DNA of 64,000 nt from Antedon mediterranea (taxonomy: Eukaryota > Animalia > Echinodermata). Below the pieces are notes generated by a model that saw only the letters and a list, made by a program, of their open reading frames with translations, made no database searches and was not told the origin of the DNA. A program made the position numbers and the translations under genes. The stretch lies in NCBI RefSeq assembly GCF_964355755.1, contig NC_092675.1:25764912-25828911 (forward strand), written 5' to 3'. This document shows, piece by piece, positions 11,139 to 24,400 of the stretch; positions within the stretch are counted from its first letter, which is position 1, and the number at the start of each line of letters is the position of its first letter.

Positions 11139-13582
11139 CATGGTCACAGATATTTTGCATAAAATCACTTGTGCGCAAATACAGAATGTAGCTATTATAG
11201 GCTGTACATTAGAGGAGAAACTAAATCATCAATAAAGACTTGGCACTGAGTGGTGTCGTAATAATCGGGCAATAATTTACACATGAGGCCCAAAACACTA
11301 TATCACACCCTTCGTCGGATCGTTTTTATATTACCTTTTTTGTATAATGTAAATGGCATCGAATTGGCCTATGTCATTAAATACAATTAAATAAGCTCTA
11401 TAACATTGGTCATACGGATCGGCTAACGGGACATTTATATGTGATAAAAAAATTAAAAAAATAAAACCGAGAAAAAAATAAATAAACGAAAATCCAGTAG
11501 AGCAAGCCAACTAATAATATACATTTAGTATTCTCGTGACATATACGTACTATTAATACTGTATCGCGTAACAATCATGTATCGAATCGAATGTATGATG
11601 ACTTTATAATACGCCCTAAGAAAATTATTCTTCCTCCAAAAAAAACTTGTAATTAAACCCTTATTGGTAATCTGATCTTTCAGTAACCAAGTTTAATTCT
11701 GAATAGGACAACATACTTTACATGATAATTTAAAAAGCTCTGGTCGAATGCATTACTAATTTTACTGCTAGGCCTACAACTGGTGAAGCGAATTTAGATC
11801 AACCCTTTCTCCTACTTTTGTGTTTAATGAACATGTATCTTTGGTTGACACATCTGAATTATCAATATAGGATAGATATCGTATTCAACAAAATAACTAA
11901 TGCTTATAATATATGATTCCTGTAGGCTTACCAAATTAATATACACACAACATTTTTATAATTATTGTAACAGGTAGCTGGTCTGAATGACACCTTCACC
12001 TCTTGATAGTAATCGACATTACTAGATCACTGCTTAAAATCACTTTAAAAATTAATGTTAAACATGATTATTAGTAATAATTGTATATTACAAACTATAA
12101 AGACACGAGAAGAACTCAAAACATTATATATACATAATAATGATGAAATACACTTTCGTGCACCATCTACATTCAATATAAATACTATTTATTTAAAAAT
12201 ACGGCATGACGTCATTGTACATCACATGATTTTCAATACACACTGCATCAACAAATAATAACATTTTGACTTTTTAAATGTTTGTAAAATACAGTACATA
12301 GGTATAGAAAATCAACGAAGACATAGGATCAGTCCTCACGTTATCTGACACTATAGCGAGAGTACCCTTCCCACCCCGTACACACTTTGTATAACAAACA
12401 AATCTAACAACACACTGGGGGTAAAGTAGGACATTTAGACACAATTTCCAAGTAGCAGATCATTTTCAAATATAGTTTAAAACCTTCCCATTTACTATAT
12501 TCCTGCCATGTCGATACCTCACACGCCATGGAAAAGCATAGGATGGAGGCATTGGATTTTAAAACATTTTATAGTGAAGGCACCATCAGAATAAAAAGAA
12601 TAATAAGACAACAAATTCGTTCAAGAGATTCATTTTAAGAAAGCAAATATAAAAAACAAACAAATAATATACACAAATAAAAAGAGCATTGGTCATTTTG
12701 TTTCATGTTACGTAATGATGACGTGTTTTGATCTTCCACTAATATAACAGGACTGAATACTGCACATTATTTTATACGATACTAAACTGCAGCAGCTCAG
12801 TCATTACATTTGGTATCAATTTTAAATCCACAATGTATTGCTCTTTTTTAGGAAGACAGCAATACTTAGGCAAGAACAGAGCATTGTGTTGAGGCCGATT
12901 GCATAGATGAAGCGTGCGACAAAAACGCGTTTCAAAAGAATAATAGGTTCACCGATATGAAAAAGCATTTTATAAAGTTTAACGCATTTCAAATGGGCAA
13001 TCGGGTACACACACATTGCGAAATACAATTTACATTCATGTAACGCAACACAACAAAGCAAAACTGACACTAACCTACAATTATCTTACACACGAATCGC
13101 TGGTCGAATTAAACAATTGAACAGATTTTCATTTTTGTGGTGGGTGGGAGGGGTGGTGTTTGGCCTAACCAGGCCTATACACTTATTATTATTATTATAC
13201 ATGGCTACAGTTGAATACAAATACATTATTTTTAAAAATAACATTTTTCTGGAAGTTATAATGGGATGGAAACGGCTGTGCCATTATTATCTATTAATAT
13301 AAATAAATACTATATATTTTATTTATATAAATCACGTACGTAACGTGGAATAAAACTTTCTTTTACTATGTACACTGGCAATTACATTATATTATATTAC
13401 AGTAAACGTTCCGGCTAAATTAACCAAGTAATTTCAATGTTTTCGTTTTACACGTAAAAAGAACTATCAATATTTAACACTTTCACTCCTGTGTTAATAG
13501 TAGACAAGAAACGCTCAATCGATCTCTTATATAAATATATCTATTATTGTAAACAAGTAAATACGTCACTTGTAGTTCCTAA

Positions 13583-13851
13583 AGCGTGGTTCCCACTAGA
13601 ACGCAACGCAACGTAACGCATAAAAGCGAGGGTTTACTCATTTAAGCTTGGTTCCCACTAGCGAGGCAACGTAACGCAACCTACGCAATGTAAGAAAATT
13701 CCCTTCCAATAGTTGTGTTTGCCCCCGCCTCCGTGAAATCAAACCTGCGATGTTTGCAGCACTGTTGTATCGTCGGTTCTAATTTGTGATTACGCAATAC
13801 AGCACTTTGCCTCAATACGTCGCTGCGCTGCGTTCTAGTGACAACCACGCT
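13583..13851. mobile_element. Harbinger-like MITE (AGC(T/G)TGGTTCCCACTAG family): one partial and one full copy
   Basis: Left TIRs at 13583 and 13645, right TIR CTAGTGACAACCACGCT ending at 13851, internal ACGCA repeats. The same family occurs at 40221, 57985, 61052 and 61286. Confidence 0.7.
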
Positions 13852-14990
13852 TAAAATGGACCTGAAATGGATTTTCGATTTTTTTCATTTTAGAATGATG
13901 TTTTGGGGGCTATTAGGTGTTGCTAGAATGTATATTGTTACAAAATATAAATTGGCCCTTTTGGGGAAAGCCCCATTTGAAAATCAAAAAAATTCGCGGG
14001 TGACGTCACTTTGCGAATATATTCCTATCCCTCCAATGGAAAATTTGCAGTTTTTTGGCTATAACTCTTGAAATCTATGGAGTATTTTCTAAAAAATGCT
14101 TGTGCATTTGCAGAAACGTATTTAGAATTTTTTTAGATAAAATTATTACCGTATAAACGGTTATTCATCGAGTAAATGACGATTTAAAATCTTAAAATCA
14201 ACGGTTTTTTTCTGGCAATACCGAAGTTGGCCTGGCAACGTTGTCCGGGATACAGCTCCGTGCGCAATGATGCGTATCCATATTTTCCGTTCGTGTATTT
14301 TGTATATCGTTCGTAATTTATACTGCTAAAATGTGTTAGTTTCTTTAGTTTTTAGTTTAGCAGAATTAAATTAGTAATATGAGATGATAATTTATTTGTC
14401 ACGAATCAGGCAGTTCGAAAACGAATTTTATTCATATTTTTACTTTGGCTTGACAATGAGCGAAGCAAGTTGTTGATATCGCTTTGGTCCTTGGATGCAC
14501 ATGAAACGGAGCCTCGCCGCATGATGTGGGTGGTGGATCGACTCCGCGCGCTGGATTGGGGGGCCTAGGCCTAGTAAAGGTTTGGGAGGTAGGCCTTCTA
14601 AATTCGGGTTTTAGAACAAACGAAGTACATTTTAGGGACCTATATTTCAACAACATTAGATATTGAATAAATTAGTATTAGTGTCAACGCTTCGCGTATC
14701 TTTCCAGGCCGTCGATCATTCACTGACTATCGGGCGGCATACACGCTCTCGATATCATCGTGTGTATATGTGACGTCGTGAATATAGAGGCTTCCGACGG
14801 CCGTTAAAATAGAATATTGCAATGGCGTGAGTAATTTTCGCTAATTTACCATGGTATCTTAAAATTTCGTTTTTACTCAAAATACTATACATTTTGTTTT
14901 TATTTGTATGGGTTTGTGTTAATTTGATACATTTAAATAACATGTGTGAATTTCTTGAAAATCGAAATTCCATTTCAGGTCCATGGTTGA
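13852..14990. mobile_element. ~1.1-kb non-autonomous DNA transposon (TTAA-associated, Kolobok-like)
   Basis: TIRs ATGGACCTGAAATGGATTTTCGATTTT (about 13856) and AAAATCGAAATTCCATTTCAGGTCCAT (ending about 14984). Starts at TTAA; CpG-richer core; no transposase ORF. Confidence 0.65.
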
Positions 14991-15493
14991 AATATCATTC
15001 ACTCGAAAGAGTTCGGTTTTTAGTTACAGTAACGGTATGTCGTTATGTGCACTGTCACTTTCTATGTGTAAGCTATATTTGCTGGAAATTCCGTCTACAA
15101 ACTAAAGTTTTGTTGGTAATAATATATAACATTTTTACATTACGATACTATTTATACATTTGACTGACGTTTAGGTCTTCCTTTATCAATAATGTTGTAT
15201 GAATCTGGAATGTGTGGCGTAATGTGCGAGGATTGATCTAGGAAATTGGGGATGTTTTTTATCTACCTTTTCTTCTGTCTTTTGTATTTTTACACTAAAC
15301 GATGGCAATTTGTTACAAATATCTTACACAGTAAAGTTGAAGTTTTTATCTCAATACATTTTAATTTTTATTTAAAAAATCTTTCTACCAATAAATATGT
15401 AATAGTAATCCAATAATTTATCTGGCTGGTTCGGTTTTCCTGATTTTCAAGAACGGACTTTGGTGAAGACGTTGTTTAAACACATTTTGTAAG

Positions 15494-18400
15494 TTAAAAT
15501 GAACTCTCGTTTATAAGTAATAACTTCTCTGACATTTCTAAACCGTCTTTTTCTTCTATGGAACCTATAAGGAACAAAAACATAATAAATTATTAATGAT
15601 GATGGCAGTATTACAGTTTATTGTTCTGACGTTGACCGGCCAATTGTACAATTCATATTGATTTTCAAATAGTCAAACTTAGGCCTTATAGTATAACCAA
15701 TGGTCAACATAATGTATGTAGTTGACGTAGGCATACGCAGGCTGAAATCAGAGGAAAGTGAGATACAACTCTTTTCGGTATAACAAGTGTTTTGTTTATC
15801 TAGTTTGTAATAAGTTAACAAAAATTATATATTTAGGTATGCAAGTATTTACGATTTATAATTAATACATTTTGTTTATAGTTTTTGCGAGATATTTAAC
15901 TTATAATGATAATATGTATGTATAATAATATTATAAGACAAAATAACGCGCACATGTCATTGCATTAGTTAATTGGGAAAATAGTATTGCGCATGCCCGA
16001 TACACAGGGCCTACTATCACAGTCATATCAACGGGAGGACTAAATCAAAAGCTCTGTCTACAATATCAAACTTTATGTAATGTGATCATATATGGACACG
16101 ATGACGTCATATCACTACCATATTTGGGCACATCATACTTTTTTTGTCAAACTAGTTGGATATTGTAGACATAGCTTAATAGTGCTTTGATCACCTGTAC
16201 CTGGAAGAGAAAATCTTCTGAAACTTCCGTCTTCACTTCGTTCTTCTAGAGATAGTTTCTTTGTTCTATTGTCCTCTTCATCCATTATGATATTAGTAGA
16301 TGTTAGTCCAGATGAAGATCCACCTGTTGTTGCGATTGAATGATGTGAATGACGTAACGAATGTGATGGAATACGCACACGCCCCATTACCCAATACGTC
16401 CTCATCATTCCCTTTCCCTGAAAAAAAACCCAAAGTTATTACGTAGATTATTAATCCTGCCTAATAAAACTTTGACTATAAATTATATTAACACCTTCTC
16501 TTCCCATGGCTTGTACTTATCCAGCGTCCATTGTAGAACAAGGTGTGTCATGGAATTATATATATTATGTTTTACACTATCGAATTAATTTTTGCGATTT
16601 CTTCTTCTTAAAATAATACTATACCTTTTTGTTGATTGACTTACAGTGTGTTTTTAAATGTATTAATTTGCCTATAGGCCTAGACAATCTTTTCATTTAC
16701 GGTTCACAATTCTGGAATTATGAGCAATAAAACACTTTCAAAGTGACGGTAGATTGCGTCACAAACTGAACCCGACAATGATATTAGAGGTGAACTGTGA
16801 CTATCACGTAAGATGCATACATTAACATGTTTTCTACTAAGTACCCGTGTGACACTTAAACACGGAAGGTATGCCATGTAAACAAAATAAATGGGGCATT
16901 CGTAGAAATACGTCAGTAAAGAGAAATTGCTCTATCCCATAAACTCGAAACATTTTCTAGTAATAAATTAAGATTAATTTCAAATATCAGCATTTACGTT
17001 TTATGTCTTGGTTAACCTTTGATGATACCCATTCATTATTGTATTTGATGCAGGTGTCAATTCCCAAGGTAAACCCGGCAATATACATCGTAAACCTAAC
17101 TCAACTTCGTTTAACTCTTGTCATAAACTTACGCGGGAAAGTGTCTTAAAAACGGAGCCTAGTCATTTTTCATCTTTGAGCAATTATAAGCATAATTGCA
17201 TTTCGACCACTTAAGTGTATACTAGTAACTAACTGGTTAATTTCCAAGACATTTTGAATACTATTATATATCATGATAATATATATTTCAGATAGTATAT
17301 TTTGGACAGTAACCTCATTAGGGGCTCAGAATATGTTACACGTCCTAGTTAAAGTGTTTTCCTGAAACATTTCTTCTGTAGAAACCAAATCGTATTGAGA
17401 ACCTGCATTTCAGAAGAAACCATATCTCCTAAAATAAACAGTTCTTAGACAACCCGTCGTATTCCAAGATTGAGACCGGAAAAAGAGAATCAAATCATAT
17501 ATTTTTATAAGTTAGCCCTGACAAAGATCTTACCGCTTCATCCTCTTTGCCACTATGCAGTGATGTAGGCCTACGTGCATTAAGTTGACCAATCACAAGT
17601 GACGAAATATAAGTATGCAGTTTCCAGAAACTTTGTTTCACTCCATACTTTCTTTCTACACAATGTGGTACTTATACTAATAAGCTCATACGTAAGTGCG
17701 TTGCGTCCAATGGGAAAGAACCAGACATTATTATTGTGAATATAGCCTGGTTGTAATGACTGTTGAATCTGAACTGAATTGTTTATTATTTACCTTCACT
17801 TGCATTTCTCCCCTTTCTTCCACACTGTACCCACCAATCTTATCGAGAACTTTCTTACAGTTATCACTAGCCTGTATTCTTAAAGCTGAAAAATAACATA
17901 TCATCATCATTTTATCAACTTTTCTAAAAACTATTGTAGGACGCCCTCGCAATAAACATGGTTACGTCAATTTGTATTTTCGCTTAAATTTTCTTTAATT
18001 TGATAGCTTATTTCACTGTAATAATTATACGATAACGGTAGTACATGTTCCATAGCAATCACGTTTTAGAATGCATTTCACATACCAGTTTTTCAACGCT
18101 TAGGTTTGCGCCTATAACGTTGAGCTATCATCATGTTTAATTGTCCACTAAAATTAGCTATTACTTTGCATACCTTCTCCTGTGGATTCCATTCTAGATG
18201 CCGTGTTGACCGTGTCTCCGAATAAACAATACCGCGGCATTTTCAGTCCTACAACTCCAGCCACAACAGGACCTAAAATGTAACAAAACAATTATGAATT
18301 GGATTTATTAAATTATTTACTTCTGATTTTTATTCATACAGTATAATTTTATACAGAAGTATATCAAACCCAAACACAAAATTACAATTTTTAAATGTTC

Positions 18401-21400
18401 TCCTATCAAAGAGCAAAGTTCATGAAATGTAAAGATTATCAATGTAAGAAATTATTGAAAACATTTCTCATTTAGTGAATTTAACAAACAATCCATTGAT
18501 TACAATTATTATTACTATTTGTACTGCAGAAAAATGTTCCTATGAAGATTCAATTATTCAGAAATGCCATTTTACGTTTGAAAATCATGTTTTATTTTAA
18601 AGAAGAAGACAATTATAAATGAAACTTCTTGAGAGCGAAATACATGCTATAGTCATTATGCTTATTATGATTTATATTCCGATTGTACATTATGGTACTA
18701 TTGCACTTTGTAGTTTAACTACTGACAATATGATAGGAGGATTCCGCCTATGGGAAAGCGGTTGCCTGGAGTACATATTAAGTATTAAATAACACGTTCA
18801 ACGTTCAGAAAATCCCATCTAGTGCCTGCACACGAATTACGTCATATGCGCTCTTTCACTGATTGATAGTTAATGACATTTTATTGATCTTTATTGAACA
18901 CACATCATTAAACATTGTGATGGATGAGATTATATAGAACGCGGTTTGTGACTACGTGGATAGAAGATTGGTCACAAAGTATGGGTGTTAGATCCACTGG
19001 GATTCTGAGGTATTCAGACCCTAGGAAGATCTGAAATGATTCCATGCACTGAATAATATAACGCTAGTACTAATTTAGTCCTGATTCGTTTGAAAATTGG
19101 TTGGAAATATTTAAAATAAACCTGTGAGGTACACTGTGTGAAGCAAAGGTACTCAGCGTAAACTAAAAAAGAAATCCTATTTCAGTGTAGACCTACCGTA
19201 TCTAATATTTTGACATGGAAATTTTTTGTTTAAATAAAGCTAATCAATCAATCAAATCGTATTAAAAAATTACTATTTCATTCTTGATGACTCTATAATA
19301 CATTCTTTACCACATCAAGTGAGAAAATATTGATTTTTTGAAATTTCTAAACTCCAATCATCAATTCGCCTCTGGCTGGGCACATATCGAGTTTGTGCAA
19401 CAATGCTGCGCTTAATTTTCTAAAAAATAATCACATCTAGACCTACATCTAAATTTCTTAAATTATTAAATAGAGTTTAACAGAGTACATTGATATTAAA
19501 CTGTGTAGGCAGTAAACAACTTCACTGAATTGGTATTGGTAACATGTCTCATATATGTTTTCCTAACAATTATAGTCAAATTTAAACCAAGCTGAAATTA
19601 AATAGTGTGTAAGATATACCACCGTGACGTCACTTTTTTTTATTGATATATTTAAGTTATTTTCTTTAAATGAGACCTTTCATAAGCATTCTGAACCATT
19701 ACTTCAAACAATGTATAATAAGACTATAAATGATTGCAGTACGTAATATTACCTCATGGGTACATTTACCATATGGACAATTGTCTGAAATAAAAGTTGA
19801 ATTGAATTTCTATTATAATCTAAACAATGAATGTTTATTTAATAATATTTCACAGTTATGAAAAGTGATTTATAAATATATATGGACTCGTATTAACCAA
19901 TTGTAGAATCAAAGGCATTCTTCAGAAATGATAATAAACATAATGTGGCATAGGTAGGTAATAATACACGGCATTGGACTAAAATAAACCATTTTTATGT
20001 CTAAAAGGTGATATTCCAATTCGGAAATCTATGCACAAATAACCAACGCTGATTAATTTGATAACACGTTTAAATGTAATTATTCAATAAAATTACTGGT
20101 TTTCAGTTTCATAATTAATTATAATTCATTCATTCCATTATATCAATGGCTAAAACGTAAACACAACGTATATCGATCCCGAAAGTCCAAGCAACCTCCA
20201 TTTTTGTTGTTGAAGAATGGTTTATATTAAGGCCATTGCGTTATCTTTTGATTATCATCTCAGTTCAGTTTCGGGCCGCGGTAATAAAATCATTGGACAA
20301 TACATCTAATGGACAATGATACACGACAATACGTTATTTAACGCCATTCAAACTTAATGACCTGATTGATGTGGATGTATAAAGTGTATGTGTTTTTCAA
20401 TTTCATCAAATTTGATTACATTGTCGAGTATAGGTACGTCTACTCTTGCTAATTCAGTCACTTTCTTTTTCTTTATAATGTCACTTATGGTAAAATGTTT
20501 AGAGTTATATAAGTATAGTAAATGATCGTCGCATTGTTTGTAGAGTCAAAATATCGATAATTTAGTCTTAAAAAACATTTATACGGAGCACCTATACAGT
20601 AGAACCCATTTTCCACTTTAAAAAAAAAATCCCTCGAATCGAGCATTTCCACGAGGTCTGGTGGATTGGTTGCGAATTATTGATTATGGTATATCTTAAT
20701 CCCACTAATCTAGTCAAAGTTCTTCCACTTTTCTAATAGGTGAGTCTGCAGGTGGATTAAGGTGTACAGTATCTTATATCTATGTACTTCTTCAATCATA
20801 TTTTGAGTCTGCTGGTGGAATCCCATTTATCTAATTTCAATGATGACTCTATTGAATACCTGAACTAGACATTACAATCTAATTGAAGCGGAGCAGGTCA
20901 AAACAAAAATATAAATCAACATTTGATTTGATTGGAAAATTAACTTACCAGAATGAATTCCAGCCCTAATTAGCAACTTGGTGTCTGGTTTATGCGGTAT
21001 AACGAATGTGTTACACACCCTAACGAGGTCCAGTGCCATGCTTGCAATTTCACCGGCATGCTTATCTCCATTTCTATTTGGAAGACCGGAGACGACCATA
21101 TCTAATGTGGAAATAAAAAAAAATAGATTTATTAATATCTATACATATTGTTGCAGATGTATGCATTTCAAAAGGTGTGATAAACGACGCAACCACATGC
21201 AGAGTCCTGAGTAGTGTCAAAAGTGGTTATGTCTTATGTATCTTATTTGTATGGCGCGCCAACCTGTCATTTAGTTGGAAATAAAGATATCTCTATTTAA
21301 AACTAAGATATCTCTATTAAAAACTATTCTATCATTTCTTATATTCTAATATGAATATACCCTTTTTAAAAGAAAGTACATGTAGTCTTACAATATTCAA

Positions 21401-24400
21401 GGTTGTGTACGGAATAGTTAAAACAAATTCTGTAGGCTTATAGTGTGATAAAACATGACATTATAAATAGAGAAAATAAAAAAATATATTATAAATCCAA
21501 AGGCAAATAACTGAAAAAATGACAATGCTGTGGGTATTAGTGGCTGGATCTCAATGGATCCAAAGGCAAATAACTGAAAAAAATGACAATGATGTGGGTA
21601 TCAGTGGCTGGATTTCAATGGAGATACAAAAAAAAAAGCGAAAAGCTAAATCAAAACGATAAAGTAAAACAGCCAGATATCAGTTTTCTGTAATAAATAA
21701 CCAAACAATATATTAATTTGTGTTTAATTTCAACAGTTCAGATCTTCTGCTTTGCCAATTTTCTATTTATATAAGATTGGACGCAATTTTTAAACATTAG
21801 AATTGATCCGAAACATTTGGGAACAAGGTACATGGATGTAACCCATCTGATTGTATCCATTTTCAATGATTCTTTATTCCGATTAAAGTTATTTATTATC
21901 TTTACTATCATCTATTTTCTTCCACATTGTGGTCTGTAAATTAAACAGTAGCTACTATTTCAATGTAATTATTGCTTTATTTGTCTAATAATTTTGCTAT
22001 ATTGCTGACATACTTTACTGTAAATAATTCAGTATAAATACATATTAATAAGCCACGCACTTAGAATAATCGGTATTCATAATGAATATATTTACATGAC
22101 ATTTGCATAGAATGTTTATTTAAGATGAATATATTTGCATAAACTTGACTTAGAATTTTATTTAAGATGATTGATACCGGTAACAAATATTATAGTATAT
22201 TAATCTGTCCATGTGTCATATATACATTTTGTATACAATGTTACATGTATACTACCGTAATACGCCGTCTTATGTTTAGACACGTGTGACACAGTATTAC
22301 AGAAATGGCTGAAATATTTGAGCTGTAACTTCTTTAATCTCCCGAGGTTGTGCACAAATATTTTTACAAATTTATAGTTGTTATTTCAATTTTAATATGT
22401 TGGTTAGGTTATGAAACTACTGTTCTAAGAGGTCAGAATGTGTGCTAGTATAAAAGGCTAAATTGCTACCAATATTGCACAGATTAATCATAATTCAATG
22501 GTAAAAGGCAATATATGTCACTATTCATCTTCCTTGAAGCTACTTTTATGTATTTTATATCGCTCTTCAATTTATTATGACTAGCATTTCAATTTCACGA
22601 GAACATGATGTGCACCTTTACACTCGTTAATTGAAAATTGCCAAAAGCCGTAATCTATATTTAAAACAGCTAGTATATTTAAAACATCTAGATAAATTTC
22701 CGCTAATAACCCCTTGTGGCAAATTGAAGTTATTAATTACAATTGCTACTATAATAAATATACAATATTCGAAACGGTTCGGTTACCAACGTGGTAATAC
22801 TGGTAAGATGATATTCCGATTTTCTATGGGCTGCTTTTGGTCGACTGGCCGAGCAGTTAAGGCCGCAAAAGGATCAACATCGAAAGCTTTCACCGTAAAG
22901 GCTTCTGGAGGTCCTTTGTACACATACATATAGTGTGAACAAATAACCAGAACTGTTCTTAAGAGTAAGGGTTTACCCGGTGTACATGACCCATATGCAC
23001 TGCACTGCGCTGTAGTAACTGTCGTAGGCAGAAGCAAACTACATTTAATGTAAAAAGTTTGTGTAAGAGGAGGCGGTGTCCAAATCACTGGTTTGGAAAG
23101 CAGAACCACATTGAAAAAAAAAACCTATTGCGATATATCTGTACATGAATCTGTCTAATTCTGTAGCATAAGTTTTATCTGATTCCCACCCCTGTCGTGT
23201 TTAACATATATATATATAAACTTTATTTAGACACGAGACTGATGTGCAGTACAACTCGTTCAATCAATATTGATTGTTTTTACACAAGTTCGTGATACTG
23301 TATTACAAAACAAAAAAAATCAACACCATATAAATACAACAGAAACGAAAAAAATTGAAATTGAAAAGAAACAAAATTACAGCAGAATCCCCTTCATCTG
23401 ACACCTCTATTTAGGGTACACCATACCGGTACTTCCCGTGTAAACGGAAACCCTTATCGAAGTGTAGAATTCATGGGGATTCAACTGTAATACATAATAA
23501 GTCTTTTGGATTTCATTTACCTTAAAATAATAGTGATAAAACACACATTTTACTTAGTATTTAGCCATTTTAAAAGTTGGATGTAGATCGTAGATTACCA
23601 TACCATTATGTTTTACAATGCATTTTTCAGATACGTTTTAAACAACTTAACTGAATTTGGAAGGGTATCAACATTGAGACTATTCCATATAATTGCTCCA
23701 CGATAAGACAGACTTCGTTTTTTAAAATCGGTTTTTGGCTTTGGGATGAATAGATGTGTATCACTGTGCCTTAGATTATAATTTATATCATTGAATGTAA
23801 ATACATTATTTAGGTAAGGTGGGGCATTATCTGTCAAAACCTTATATATAACCATACAACATTCATATCTATCTTGATAAAATAAAGGTGACCAATTAAT
23901 TTGCCTTAGTGCCTCACTACTAGGTGTGTCCCATGTTAGACCACACACGATTCGAGCTGTTCTGTTTTGTATAGTTTGAACTCTTTTCATTAGAGTTTGA
24001 CTACTATTTCCCCAAATTATGTTACAATAGCTCAAGTAAGGTATTACAATAGAGTTTGCAATATGTTTTAATATGTTTTGTGGAAAATAATAGCTACATC
24101 GTCTAAGCATACCCAATCCATTTAGAGCTTTACCTCGAATGTATTCAATCTGATTTTTCCATGATAAATGTTCGTCTATTATGATACCGAGGTGTTTGCA
24201 ATATCGAACGCGTGGTACAACATCGTTATCTATATTAACTGATCTATTTTTTTCTTTGGTGGTTGCCAATCGGTTTGTCGATCCGATCAACATGAACTCG
24301 GATTTAGAGACATTTAGACTCAATTTATTATTTTTTAGCCAATCGTCGATTTGTATAAGTTCTTCATTTATACTTTGGTATATTTCATTTTCATTTTTTG

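Noticed and set aside
9702-15494. Idea that the secreted L-domain protein is a ligand or partner of the neighbouring cyclase
   Set aside because: Adjacency of convergent animal genes is not evidence of a functional link, and nothing in the sequence supports it.
16133-16200. Read-through C-terminus of the cyclase ([14 protein letters not shown]...)
   Set aside because: It runs into a MITE. A donor at 16200 and a phase-matched terminal exon at 15564-15494 (LPGSIEEK...) fit better.
22631-23109. Overlapping 100- and 108-aa ORFs
   Set aside because: No recognisable domain or splice support. The raised GC is better explained by a decayed SINE-like repeat.
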